Below are positions 1 to 9,454 of a stretch of DNA of 64,000 nt, piece after piece. The stretch comes from a virus. The position numbers and the translations under genes were made by a program. The notes under the pieces are model-generated. The model was not told where the DNA came from, did no database searches, and was given only the letters and a program-made list of their open reading frames with translations. The stretch's first letter is position 1, and every line of letters starts with the position of its first letter. The stretch spans positions 37,995 to 101,994 of the IMG/VR virus record IMGVR_UViG_3300043468_001540. One strand, 5' to 3'.

Positions 1-247
1 CATAAACATTACCACTAGATAAGTAAAATTTAGAAATACCATCTGTATCAGAAAGGGCATACTCATTTAATTTAATAGGCAAATTTAAATTTTTAAATAT
101 TTTGATATTTCTAGGGTCTGGCTCGAAACAGTGCAAGTTTTTAGTTAGTTTTATAAATTCTTTAGTATCAAATCCAAAATGAGACCCTATCTCAAAAAAA
201 ATACTATTTTCGTTTATATTTTGTTTAATGAAATTATAGATGTTCAT
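1..247 (-). CDS. FkbM-family SAM methyltransferase (3' end truncated by window edge)
   Basis: Not in the ORF track. Hand translation from ATG at 247: MNIYNFIKQNINENSIFFEIGSHFGFDT...HCFEPDPRN...ALSDTDG. The EIGxxxG, FEP and ALSD motifs are FkbM-type. ATGA overlap with the stop of 244..906. Confidence 0.8.
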   Translation of the reverse strand, partial: MNIYNFIKQNINENSIFFEIGSHFGFDTKEFIKLTKNLHCFEPDPRNIKIFKNLNLPIKLNEYALSDTDGISKFYLSSGNVY

Positions 248-906
248 TTGTTACTTGCTTGGTTTTTATGTATTCTATAATATAATAATAAATCTTTATG
301 TATTCCGAATTTATACCCTCTTCTTATTGACCTTACCCATAAATCTAAATCTTCTTTCGGTGTCTTATTAATATCATATCTGTTTTCTTTATCTTCCCAA
401 AATCTTTTATTATAACAAACCGATGGGTGCGCTATAACATTATGCCCCGCCTCCAAATTTTCTTTTATATATGGAGTTACTATATTTTTATATAAAGTTA
501 TAACATCTTCTTCTTCGGGTCTATTTTGCTCTTCTATATAACAAAAATCACTACTAACTATATCAAGATCATTTTCTTTTATCATTTTAGTTTGTAATAA
601 AATTCTATCAGGAGAGTAATAATCGTCCAAGTTTGTATTAAAAACATAATCGCAACCATCATTAAACGCATTATCTAATAATATGTTCATGGCTTCAGCG
701 TAATTTGATAGCTTCTGCGACCAAAAATTTACTTTATTTTTATTAGTATTTGATACTAATGACGTATGATCATCTCCATAATTTAACTCATAAAATATAA
801 AATCATTCTCTGTTTGATTTAACATCGATTCTAATGATTTGTTTACCCACCTATCACTATAAATTTTTTTTATATTACTATGATATATTATAACCCCTCT
901 TTTCAT
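244..906 (-). CDS. GT2-family (GT-A) glycosyltransferase
   Basis: SLESMLNQT, NLDDYYSPDRI, IAHPSV, EDLDLW and LLYYRIH motifs typical of GT2. Confidence 0.8.
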   Translation of the reverse strand: MKRGVIIYHSNIKKIYSDRWVNKSLESMLNQTENDFIFYELNYGDDHTSLVSNTNKNKVNFWSQKLSNYAEAMNILLDNAFNDGCDYVFNTNLDDYYSPDRILLQTKMIKENDLDIVSSDFCYIEEQNRPEEEDVITLYKNIVTPYIKENLEAGHNVIAHPSVCYNKRFWEDKENRYDINKTPKEDLDLWVRSIRRGYKFGIHKDLLLYYRIHKNQASNK

Positions 907-909
907 ATT

Positions 910-1542
910 TTAAGTATGTAGATAGCAATTGATACCCTTATCTTTAAATATTGAAATATAAAGATCTTTTTCTTTACATTTGTCTAAAAAATCGGGTCGG
1001 TCGATCCAAAATCTTTCGTGCCACTCAATATAAATTGAATTAATGTGTTTGGCGTACTTGGATTGTATTATTTTTGGTAAAACAATAAACTCTGAACCTT
1101 CTATATCGCACTTGATGTAAATTTTTGCGTCAAGATCTTTTTTGCAGATTGAGCTTAAAATATCATCTACATCTATGGATTCTACTTCATATTCAATAGA
1201 ATCAAAAATAAATCCATTCCCAGAATCAAATTCGGGATTAAAATAAAGCGCATTTGCTCCAGTTTTATATCCTTGTATATAATTGTTTTTACCTGCATCT
1301 GACCACGCCCCCTTGTGACAATTAAATTTAATATATCCATTCTTATCTAAGATGGCTTTGTTAAAAAATTCGAATGAGTTATATTTTTCAGAAATTTGGC
1401 TAAGTAAAGTTTTAATTTCTTCTATGAGAAGAATGTTTGGCTCGTAACAAAGGACGTTCCATTCTTTATTTATTTCAAGTTTTTCTGTAAATTCCAGTAA
1501 TCCTTCGAATTTATGACTTCCAAAGTCTAGAAAATAATTCAT
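910..1542 (-). CDS. FkbM-family methyltransferase
   Basis: FLDFGSH, YEPN, IKCDIEGSEF and IYIEWH motifs. Confidence 0.8.
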   Translation of the reverse strand: MNYFLDFGSHKFEGLLEFTEKLEINKEWNVLCYEPNILLIEEIKTLLSQISEKYNSFEFFNKAILDKNGYIKFNCHKGAWSDAGKNNYIQGYKTGANALYFNPEFDSGNGFIFDSIEYEVESIDVDDILSSICKKDLDAKIYIKCDIEGSEFIVLPKIIQSKYAKHINSIYIEWHERFWIDRPDFLDKCKEKDLYISIFKDKGINCYLHT

Positions 1543-2288
1543 TTTAAAATTGATCTAATAACTTCGTTAAAAATTTTTGTTTTTTCGAATAATGGATCGG
1601 CGGTCCCCTTCCAATTAGAGTGCCAGTTTGTGGCAGCCCTATAATGTAAAAATTTCTTGTTTAAATGTAGCTCCATATTATAACCCTTAGTATTTAATTC
1701 GTTTTTCACCAATATATTATTAATTTCATCTGGATATTCGGCTCCGGTATTTTTCATTTCTATTTTATTTGTTTTAAAATAATAATAAGTGAATCCGCCT
1801 ACATCTGTTAGTTCTCCGTCAACGACTCCGTTCGAAAAGTCGATATTCTTATCAGGTAATTTTCCCATGTTAAAAACCATAAGACCGTTCCACATATATT
1901 TAACGTGCCCTCTAACTTGTTCAAGGCCCGCAATTAAGCTGTCTTTCATATAATCTATTATATCAAATTGATCGATAAGAAACATATCAGAATCGATAAA
2001 AAGGACCATCTCTTCGGAATGATTTTTTTTAATTATATTGTCATAAGTCCATTGAACTGTATTTGCACACGCCGTAGATGGACAATGAATATTCTGATAT
2101 GGCTTTTTATAATATTTACAATTGTTTTCTGCGCATATTTCTATAAAATTGGCGGATAATTCCGGATCATTAGAATCGTCAACCACATGAAATACAAAAG
2201 GGTTTAGCAAGAATTTATCAAATAATTTTTTTTGCAAAAAAATAAAATTTGGTCGATTAACTACTGTTGTAAATATATTTATAATCAT
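1539..2288 (-). CDS. putative GT-A fold glycosyltransferase
   Basis: VVDDS and LFIDSDMF (DxD); lies inside the glycan cluster. Confidence 0.55.
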   Translation of the reverse strand: MIINIFTTVVNRPNFIFLQKKLFDKFLLNPFVFHVVDDSNDPELSANFIEICAENNCKYYKKPYQNIHCPSTACANTVQWTYDNIIKKNHSEEMVLFIDSDMFLIDQFDIIDYMKDSLIAGLEQVRGHVKYMWNGLMVFNMGKLPDKNIDFSNGVVDGELTDVGGFTYYYFKTNKIEMKNTGAEYPDEINNILVKNELNTKGYNMELHLNKKFLHYRAATNWHSNWKGTADPLFEKTKIFNEVIRSILK

Positions 2289-2293
2289 TATTT

Positions 2294-3025
2294 TTATTCA
2301 GTGGGATTGTTTATATATGACTTAATGTAAATGTCTCCAAATTCATAAGAAAAATCTTCAATATTTGATAAATATTTTTTTATACTGTCTATATCTTGCC
2401 ATTCCTTAAAAAAGAAGTGGTCATTTTCTCTATATACATAGTTATACTCGCAATTTTGATTATTTAATGCGTGTAAATAGTCTATACATTTTTCTGAATT
2501 TTTATATAACTCTGGGGTAAATTCTATAGATATATATTCTACTGGAGAACTGAGCCCCTTTAGTACATTATATTCAAATCCTTCTACATCAATTTTTATA
2601 TATTTAGGTACACCAAATTCACAAATTGAATCGTCTAGGGTACGCGTTGCTACTTGAATTTTATTATTCCATTTAGTCCCAATAAATCTTTCTTTTTCAG
2701 CCTCTATTATAAAATCTTCAGACATACTTGATAATACGTGCTGGTCAGAAGTATAAAAATCTGCGAATCCTACCGTATCAGATAATGCCGCGTTAACACC
2801 TTTAAAAGAACCATTGGTTCTATTTACCGCGAATCTTTGCATCGCATGATCATAACAATCTTTTTGTGGCTCGAAACCGATTACGGAAGCTCCCAAATAT
2901 AAAAAATATGCAGATTTATTACCTAGGTTTAGCCCAACATCAAAAACTAGCGTGTCTTTTAGTTCAAAACCATAATCCATATGGCCATTGTTAATAAGAG
3001 AGTCCTTACGTTCTATATTTTTCAT
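2294..3025 (-). CDS. FkbM-family methyltransferase
   Basis: VFDVGLNLG, GFEP, AALSD, TLDD and IKIDVEGFEYNVLKG motifs. Confidence 0.9.
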   Translation of the reverse strand: MKNIERKDSLINNGHMDYGFELKDTLVFDVGLNLGNKSAYFLYLGASVIGFEPQKDCYDHAMQRFAVNRTNGSFKGVNAALSDTVGFADFYTSDQHVLSSMSEDFIIEAEKERFIGTKWNNKIQVATRTLDDSICEFGVPKYIKIDVEGFEYNVLKGLSSPVEYISIEFTPELYKNSEKCIDYLHALNNQNCEYNYVYRENDHFFFKEWQDIDSIKKYLSNIEDFSYEFGDIYIKSYINNPTE

Positions 3026-3683
3026 GTTCTTTTACTAATGCTGCAATTCTTGTTCGAGTAGTAATTTGATTAGAAGGTGTGCAATAATCCGCATTTAATA
3101 TTGTAGTAGGCGGATTGTCAATAAAATACCTATTCATATGCGATTCGTCATGCCATATAGCAATGATATTTTTTTTAAAATCTTCTCTAATTTTAAAAGA
3201 AATAATGTCGCACATTTTTAAATATTCTTCTGTCGTTCCCCCATTAAATCCACCCGCAAAATATTCCATGTGCTCATGCTCATAAACGCACGCTAAAGAC
3301 AAGGGATTAGTTTCTGGAGTTCCTCTAGACCCACGAAATGCAGGGTGCTGAGTAGCGACTCTATTACTAAGAATGTCTTCTCCTATATTTGAACAAAATA
3401 ACATATCAGCATCAGAATAAAACAAATAATCCATATCTTTAAATATATCAGAATTTTTAAAGAAAATTTCGTACCGACCTAGGGTCATCCATGGCCAGTC
3501 TTTATGCTCAGTATAAGTTTTTATAATATTTCTACTGCTAGATACCTCTAGCTCTTTGTCACTAAATATAAAATACGTAACATCTCCTGGATTAAAATAT
3601 TTATCAGCGCTAGTGATCAGCGGTTGTAGAAAATCTATATATTTATTTGTTGCTATGATTAGCAATCCTATTTTTTTCCTCAT
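3006..3683 (-). CDS. GT6-family glycosyltransferase (ABO blood-group / alpha-1,3-Gal(NAc) transferase family)
   Basis: LLIIATNKY, WPWMTLGRY, YSDADM (DxD), YFAGGFNGG and IAIWHDESHMNRYF are hallmark GT6 motifs. Confidence 0.88.
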   Translation of the reverse strand: MRKKIGLLIIATNKYIDFLQPLITSADKYFNPGDVTYFIFSDKELEVSSSRNIIKTYTEHKDWPWMTLGRYEIFFKNSDIFKDMDYLFYSDADMLFCSNIGEDILSNRVATQHPAFRGSRGTPETNPLSLACVYEHEHMEYFAGGFNGGTTEEYLKMCDIISFKIREDFKKNIIAIWHDESHMNRYFIDNPPTTILNADYCTPSNQITTRTRIAALVKEHEKYRT

Positions 3684-4551
3684 TTATATATTTTATAATA
3701 TCTATACGTGGAGACCATTTCAAATCTTTCTTTATTTTATCAATATTTGACTCACTGTACAGTATATCATTAGATCTGTAGTCTTTATATAGAATATTCT
3801 GACTAATTTGTTTTGCGATATAATCTATTGTATAAGATTTTCCAGTTCCAACGTTATAAGTTAAATTGCCACTAGATGTAAATTCTGCACATTTAATGTT
3901 ACAATCGACTACATCTTCTACATGAATAAAATCTCTTGTCTGCTGCCCACCATTAACTAATAGTGGCTCATTTTTTTTATATAAATCAAAGAATTTGTTT
4001 AAAACGGAAGAGTATTCGCTTATGTTGCTATTTTTTCCAAATACATTAAAATATCTTAATATAATAGTATTAAGCCCATAAAGATCAGAATATATTCTAC
4101 ATAAGCTTTCTCCCAAGATTTTACTCGCGCCATATGTAGTTGTATTCCCAGATATTTCTGAATTTTCGGATACAGGCTTTTTCGAGCATTTATATACCGC
4201 AGATGTTGATGAGAAAATTAACTTTTTAATATTATTTATTCTAGAAGCTTCTAATACATTCGTATTAATAATAGAATTATTTAAACAGCTTTCTCTTGGA
4301 TTGCGAAGGCAATAATCTATAGAGACATCGCTAGCCAAATGAAAAACAACGTCTATTCCATTAAAAATAGGAGTGATTTTATCGTAATTTTTTAAATCGA
4401 TAAAAAAATATTCAGCATCTTTAAACGTCGTGCAATTATTAAAATTTGAACTTTTATTATCAATTACTCTTACATCATAACCACCATCTATTAGCTTTTC
4501 AACAAGATTGCTACCTATATATCCCAACCCACCAGTCACCAAACATTTCAT
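3643..4551 (-). CDS. NAD-dependent NDP-sugar epimerase/dehydratase (extended SDR, GalE-like)
   Basis: TGGLGYIGS, FHLAS, FSSTSAVY, YGASK, LRYFNVFG and RDFIHVED motifs. Confidence 0.92.
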   Translation of the reverse strand: MKCLVTGGLGYIGSNLVEKLIDGGYDVRVIDNKSSNFNNCTTFKDAEYFFIDLKNYDKITPIFNGIDVVFHLASDVSIDYCLRNPRESCLNNSIINTNVLEASRINNIKKLIFSSTSAVYKCSKKPVSENSEISGNTTTYGASKILGESLCRIYSDLYGLNTIILRYFNVFGKNSNISEYSSVLNKFFDLYKKNEPLLVNGGQQTRDFIHVEDVVDCNIKCAEFTSSGNLTYNVGTGKSYTIDYIAKQISQNILYKDYRSNDILYSESNIDKIKKDLKWSPRIDIIKYINEEKNRIANHSNK

Positions 4552-5480
4552 AATAAACTTTCAAACAAATTCATATATGTTTTATCATATATTGAAAAAT
4601 TAGAATTTTCTAGTTTTCCGCCAAGTGAATTTTCATAGTTATCTAAAGTCAAATTGGCATATACACTTCCACTTTTGGCTAAGCTCCTCAAAATATCTGC
4701 CCCTTCTATAAGAGAAGAAGACAATAATTTTGAAGCAAAATCAATTAAAAATACTTCTGGAAAGTTTAAATTTAAAGTCCATTCCGGAGTTTTCATAAAA
4801 TTTCTTCTAAAGATTATTCTTCCTAAGCTAGAATATGATTTATCATTATGATAGACTAGCACTTTTGGATAGTGAGTTATTTTAAATCCTGCTTCTCTGC
4901 ATCTAAGAGAAAAGTCTGTATCTTCATTATGTTTTCCATCTGCATAATCTTTTCTAGACTTCATTTCATAAATTAAAATATCTTCGTTCCATTTTACTTG
5001 ATTCCATCTATTTTTTTTAATAAGCCATGATTGACCACCAGACATATAGATATAGTCATCTTGTTCTGTATAGTTTAAATTAATATGCCCTTTAATTGGG
5101 CTCATATAGCAGGAATTGTCCCAAAATCTTGTTCCGTCTGGATTTTTAATACAGGTGGTCAATATATCAAAACTCGGGGCCGTCAATAAATTTTGATACC
5201 AATCTAATGAAAATAGCATATCGTCATCAGAGATAACAAGATTTTCATATTTTGCTTGCCCACAAGCATTATTTCTTAAACCACCAAGAGAGCCTCGCTC
5301 TGCATTATATTTATCTTCGATTAAAACTAGTCTAGAATTATTAGGATATTCTAGCCCATCAATATTACCACAAATAATAATCTCATAATTTTGAATATTT
5401 AAATTCAAAATACTTTTAACTTGAAGTTCAAGTTCTGTCTTCTTTTTTCCATTCGTTATAATGATGAAAGAAATATCCAT
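4548..5480 (-). CDS. GT2-like glycosyltransferase
   Basis: ISFIIIT, YEIII, LRNNAC, ISDDDM and NEDTDFSLR motifs. Confidence 0.75.
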   Translation of the reverse strand: MDISFIIITNGKKKTELELQVKSILNLNIQNYEIIICGNIDGLEYPNNSRLVLIEDKYNAERGSLGGLRNNACGQAKYENLVISDDDMLFSLDWYQNLLTAPSFDILTTCIKNPDGTRFWDNSCYMSPIKGHINLNYTEQDDYIYMSGGQSWLIKKNRWNQVKWNEDILIYEMKSRKDYADGKHNEDTDFSLRCREAGFKITHYPKVLVYHNDKSYSSLGRIIFRRNFMKTPEWTLNLNFPEVFLIDFASKLLSSSLIEGADILRSLAKSGSVYANLTLDNYENSLGGKLENSNFSIYDKTYMNLFESLL

Positions 5481-6580
5481 TACTTAACAAGAGCATTTTT
5501 AAATTTATTAAATAAGAAAGTGCAAATTGCTCGATTCTCTTCGAGAAAAGTTCTCAACTGTTCTAATCCTTGAATTTTTTCTGGAAAAGTTTGTGAAGTT
5601 TCTTTTAAGATTTCTGCTACAAAGTCTTTATCAAAAGATAACCATGCTCCAGCTTTTTTGGCCATACCCCATTTTAAAAGCATATCAGATATTTCATACT
5701 CTAGCCATACGCTCTTACCATCGGATCTTCCATGTTTTATAGGATATAAAATCTCTAGACCATCTTTTTCATTTGTTGTTTTTCGTAAAACCAACTTTGC
5801 CCAGTGCCCTATAATCTTATTATTTTCAATGATTTGATCACTTTTGTATCTGGGTTGAAATTCAAAAATCCAGTCAGCATAATGCTGTAAAGCATTCCCG
5901 CCAGAACTGTTTGTTAATTTTGGATCAGTTTTTGCGTATGGATTAATTTGGACATTTGATCTAACTTGAGAAATAAGACCGCAAATATGTCCAAATGTTG
6001 ACAGTGGTAACATTATTCTACGTAAAAAATTCGAAGTCAAAACCGCTCCCGCCGCAACTTTTGCACTATCATCAAAGCCCTTGCTTAGGTCATTTTTTGA
6101 AATTAATGCGTCCATGCTATCAATTAAAAAGTAGTACCGGATATTTTCAGGATTATTTTGAATTAATTCTAAAATTAATGTTGCTATAGTTTCATATACA
6201 TTAGATTTTAGAACAAAACAGCTTCCCGCTTCCCATTCGGCGGGATTTTCGACAAAATTAACTCCTGAAATATTTTTTACATTAGAGCTTAGTCTACCCT
6301 CTGCTTTAACTAGAAAACCTTTTGAGTTCGGAACTGTCTTCAAAAAATTATTCATTATCAATAGCGCAGAACTAGTTTTACCTCCGCCACTTACCCCCGT
6401 AAATCTTAAAATAGCGGGAATTTCAATTGAGCCTCCTACTTCAGAATCTAAGAGTAAAGATCCCGTAGAGACATTAAAAATGCTACAATCTTCAAAATTG
6501 TAATGAGCGTCTTTATTATCCTTTAAAAAGGATGATAAAATGCTTTTACTGTTATTAGTATTTTCTTTTTCTTTTACCAT
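5480..6580 (-). CDS. recA: RecA/UvsX-like recombinase
   Basis: STGSLLLD, Walker A GVSGGGKTS, Walker B FLIDSMDAL, ISQVR and SGGNALQHYA. Confidence 0.88.
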   Translation of the reverse strand: MVKEKENTNNSKSILSSFLKDNKDAHYNFEDCSIFNVSTGSLLLDSEVGGSIEIPAILRFTGVSGGGKTSSALLIMNNFLKTVPNSKGFLVKAEGRLSSNVKNISGVNFVENPAEWEAGSCFVLKSNVYETIATLILELIQNNPENIRYYFLIDSMDALISKNDLSKGFDDSAKVAAGAVLTSNFLRRIMLPLSTFGHICGLISQVRSNVQINPYAKTDPKLTNSSGGNALQHYADWIFEFQPRYKSDQIIENNKIIGHWAKLVLRKTTNEKDGLEILYPIKHGRSDGKSVWLEYEISDMLLKWGMAKKAGAWLSFDKDFVAEILKETSQTFPEKIQGLEQLRTFLEENRAICTFLFNKFKNALVK

Positions 6581-6987
6581 AAATTAAGATAATTTTTTAA
6601 ATTCTTTTTCTTTTTTAACTGTATTTGAGGATCGTAGTCTATTTTTTCGTTAAAAACAATTTTATTTTCATTTAATGAAAATACTTCTGCTACGGGCATT
6701 TTGAACTCGAATTTTTTATATTCTTTGTTTAGGAACTTTCTTCCATCGTCTGAAAGCAGCCAACACAGGCTGTTTAATTTAAATTTTAATTCTAACGAGT
6801 TCCAAAAAAGCTCGTTCGGAAAAATAGTAAATAACGTTTTAACTATTTTCATCTCTCTTGGCCAAGAGATGTTTTCCGTATTTTTTAAAAATTTTTTAAC
6901 AAAAGATTTCTTACTTAGGCTCGTACTGTTGGCAGGTTTTACAGATTTCTTCTGTGACGTCTGTAATTTCTCTTTTGAAACACTCAT
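6574..6987 (-). CDS. hypothetical protein
   Basis: 137-aa ORF in the minus-strand operon, overlapping the recA start; no motif recognised. Confidence 0.6.
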   Translation of the reverse strand: MSVSKEKLQTSQKKSVKPANSTSLSKKSFVKKFLKNTENISWPREMKIVKTLFTIFPNELFWNSLELKFKLNSLCWLLSDDGRKFLNKEYKKFEFKMPVAEVFSLNENKIVFNEKIDYDPQIQLKKKKNLKNYLNLW

Positions 6988-7117
6988 AAGCGCTTACTGT
7001 ATAGTTACCACCTTGACAAGAACATCTATGGATTGTTCTTTGAACTTTTTCTGGACTTCTATGCTTGCAAGTAAGAAAATTACTAGAAGGATTGATGTTT
7101 TCGATATTAGAGTTCAT
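6911..7117 (-). CDS. small Cys-rich putative metal-binding protein
   Basis: 68 aa with six Cys (TCKH, RCSC, YEC, ICKTC); AT-rich leader containing ATGTAA. Confidence 0.55.
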   Translation of the reverse strand: MNSNIENINPSSNFLTCKHRSPEKVQRTIHRCSCQGGNYTVSAYECFKREITDVTEEICKTCQQYEPK

Positions 7118-7160
7118 AATATATTTATTACATATTTTTTTAGAAAGTCAACTTTATTTT

Positions 7161-7571
7161 TTATTCAGATTCCGCGATCGAATTTAAAAAAAATGTTTCT
7201 ATCTTATTAAGAATAGAATAATATTTTTGTTGATAAATTTCAGTAGTTTCAATCATTTCATTCTCATTACTTAATGCCGCGCTAAATAAATTTATATCAG
7301 AATTTAATTCATTATTAATCATTTCGATATCTTCTTTAATTATATTATCATTGATGAATTTCTTCCAATGTCTAAAGAATTCTTTTTGAGTGTAGAATGG
7401 GTCTATAGTATCTTCTTCCTCATTGAAAGAATGACAAATTTGATTAAATACAAACATTAAAATTGACCACTGTAAATTTTTAATAAGTTTATCTTCTAAA
7501 GTGGCATCTATTGAAGCATCTCTTATTTTTTTATTTTTATCTATAATTTTTATTGGCTTCTTTTTTTGCAT
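7161..7571 (-). CDS. hypothetical protein
   Basis: 136-aa ORF immediately downstream of nrdA. Confidence 0.6.
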   Translation of the reverse strand: MQKKKPIKIIDKNKKIRDASIDATLEDKLIKNLQWSILMFVFNQICHSFNEEEDTIDPFYTQKEFFRHWKKFINDNIIKEDIEMINNELNSDINLFSAALSNENEMIETTEIYQQKYYSILNKIETFFLNSIAESE

Positions 7572-7576
7572 TTTAA

Positions 7577-9232
7577 TTAGCTTTCGCAGCTTTTACAGGT
7601 TAAAATTGATCTTGCCAGTTCTTGAGCGGGATTGGCACTTCTCTGATAGTAAAGAGACTTGATACCTTGTTCCCAGGCAAAAATCATGAGTTCATTCACA
7701 TCTTTTGGTTTTGTATCGGGGGGAATCATTATATTTAGACTCTGCCCTTGATCAATATATTTTTGACGTTGTGCCGCTTGTATAATAATTTCTTTTTGAG
7801 AAATTTCGCCAAATGTTTTAAATACCTCTTTTTCTTCTTGCGTTAAGAATTCTAAATGTTGAACACTACCACCTTTAATAAGAATAGATTTCCAGGTGTC
7901 GTCTTCATCTTTTCCTTTTTCTTTTAAGAGTTTTTTGAGATAAGGATTTTTAAAAGTAAATTTACCTTTTGCTAAATCTTTTACAAAATAATTACTGTTC
8001 AATGGCTCTATGCTTGGTGAAACTTGCCCTAGAATAAAACTTGATGACGTGGTAGGAGCGACGGCAAGTGTTGTTGTATTTCTCCTTTTTTCTTTCGAAT
8101 CTTTATAGATAGGGGCTTCTTTAAAAGAAGACGCCAGTTCTTTTGTAGCTAAGTCTGCTTTTTCTCTAATAGTTTTCCAGATTTGATTATTTAGCATTTT
8201 AGCTTCCATGGACTCAAAAGCTATCATCTTGGATTGAAGTAGCGAATGCCAGCCCAAAGCTCCTACTCCCAATGCTCTTTGATTTATTGCAAATCTTCTA
8301 GGGGCTTCCATGAATTTTATCCCCTCTGTTTTATTGATAAATTCTGTCATTACGGCATCGAGAAAATAAACTAAAGTTTCCACCGCGTCGGTTTCTTTCC
8401 ACTCGTCCCATTTTTCAAAATTTAAAGAAGAAAGGTCGCAAACGAAGGATTCTTCTTGATTATTTGAAAGCATAATCTCGCTACACAGGTTTGAATTATT
8501 AATTTTATAACCTTTTTCTTTATAAATTTCTGGCGCTTGATTATTTGCATTATCTGTAAAGAAAATATATGGATAACCTGACTCAAAGCGCTTTTTAATG
8601 ACAAGCCCCCACACTCTGCGAGCTTCTTTATCTCCATCAAGCATTTTTTTCATCCATTCGTCTGATACACAAACTCCAATAGAAAGATTTTGTATAGAGT
8701 GTCCTTCTCCACGAATTTTTAAAAACTCTTCAATATCTTGGTGATCAATTGGAAGATACGCGGCAAAAGACCCTCTTCTAACATTTCCTTGCGAAACTAC
8801 TTCCATAAGTTTATCATAAAGCTCCATAAAATGGACAGATCCTGTTGACTCTCCACCAGACGAAATCGGAGTCCCCCTTGCTCTAAGGGCTCCAAAATAA
8901 GCGGAAGTCCCCCCTCCATGTTTTGTCATAAGAGAGACTTCTGAGACTTTTTCCATTATATCTTCCATTGTATCTCCTACATAAGAACCAAAGCATGAAA
9001 TTGGAAGTCCTCTTTTTCTACCGAAATTTGCCCAAATAGGAGAACTTATTGAATAGTACCCTCTGCGCATGTATTCTTCAAATTTATCAGCAAAACATAG
9101 TATTCCTAAATACTTTTCAGCAATGTCTGCCATATCTCGAATACGTTGTTCTGGAGATTCTGCGTCTAGAAGATATCCTCTTTCTAGAAATTTTCGAGAA
9201 TCTTTATTTAACCAATAAATATCTTTTGACAT
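7577..9232 (-). CDS. nrdA: ribonucleotide reductase class Ia alpha subunit (short form, no ATP cone)
   Basis: PISCF, SQGNVRRGSFAAY, GYPYI, SNLCSEI, APTTSSS, SLYY and C-terminal CKSCES. Confidence 0.96.
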   Translation of the reverse strand: MSKDIYWLNKDSRKFLERGYLLDAESPEQRIRDMADIAEKYLGILCFADKFEEYMRRGYYSISSPIWANFGRKRGLPISCFGSYVGDTMEDIMEKVSEVSLMTKHGGGTSAYFGALRARGTPISSGGESTGSVHFMELYDKLMEVVSQGNVRRGSFAAYLPIDHQDIEEFLKIRGEGHSIQNLSIGVCVSDEWMKKMLDGDKEARRVWGLVIKKRFESGYPYIFFTDNANNQAPEIYKEKGYKINNSNLCSEIMLSNNQEESFVCDLSSLNFEKWDEWKETDAVETLVYFLDAVMTEFINKTEGIKFMEAPRRFAINQRALGVGALGWHSLLQSKMIAFESMEAKMLNNQIWKTIREKADLATKELASSFKEAPIYKDSKEKRRNTTTLAVAPTTSSSFILGQVSPSIEPLNSNYFVKDLAKGKFTFKNPYLKKLLKEKGKDEDDTWKSILIKGGSVQHLEFLTQEEKEVFKTFGEISQKEIIIQAAQRQKYIDQGQSLNIMIPPDTKPKDVNELMIFAWEQGIKSLYYQRSANPAQELARSILTCKSCES

Positions 9233-9268
9233 CCTTATATTATATATAAACGGGATTGTAAAGTATAA

Positions 9269-9406
9269 TTAATTACAATTATGTGTGATTGTATTTTTTG
9301 ATTTGCAAATCAAGCTTGCAATATAAATATCTTTTAAGGCTGTTACGGTAACACAAGACAGTACTGTAATGCAGATTGCAGTTACGAGTTTAATTGAGTT
9401 CTTCAT
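9269..9406 (-). CDS. small 45-aa hypothetical protein between nrdB and nrdA
   Basis: Below the ORF-track cutoff. Hand translation: MKNSIKLVTAICITVLSCVTVTALKDIYIASLICKSKNTITHNCN*. Hydrophobic N-terminus; TTGACG hexamer upstream. Confidence 0.45.
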   Translation of the reverse strand: MKNSIKLVTAICITVLSCVTVTALKDIYIASLICKSKNTITHNCN

Positions 9407-9454
9407 ATATACAGTGATACTGTAATTTGTAGGAAACGTCAACAAAAAAAATTC

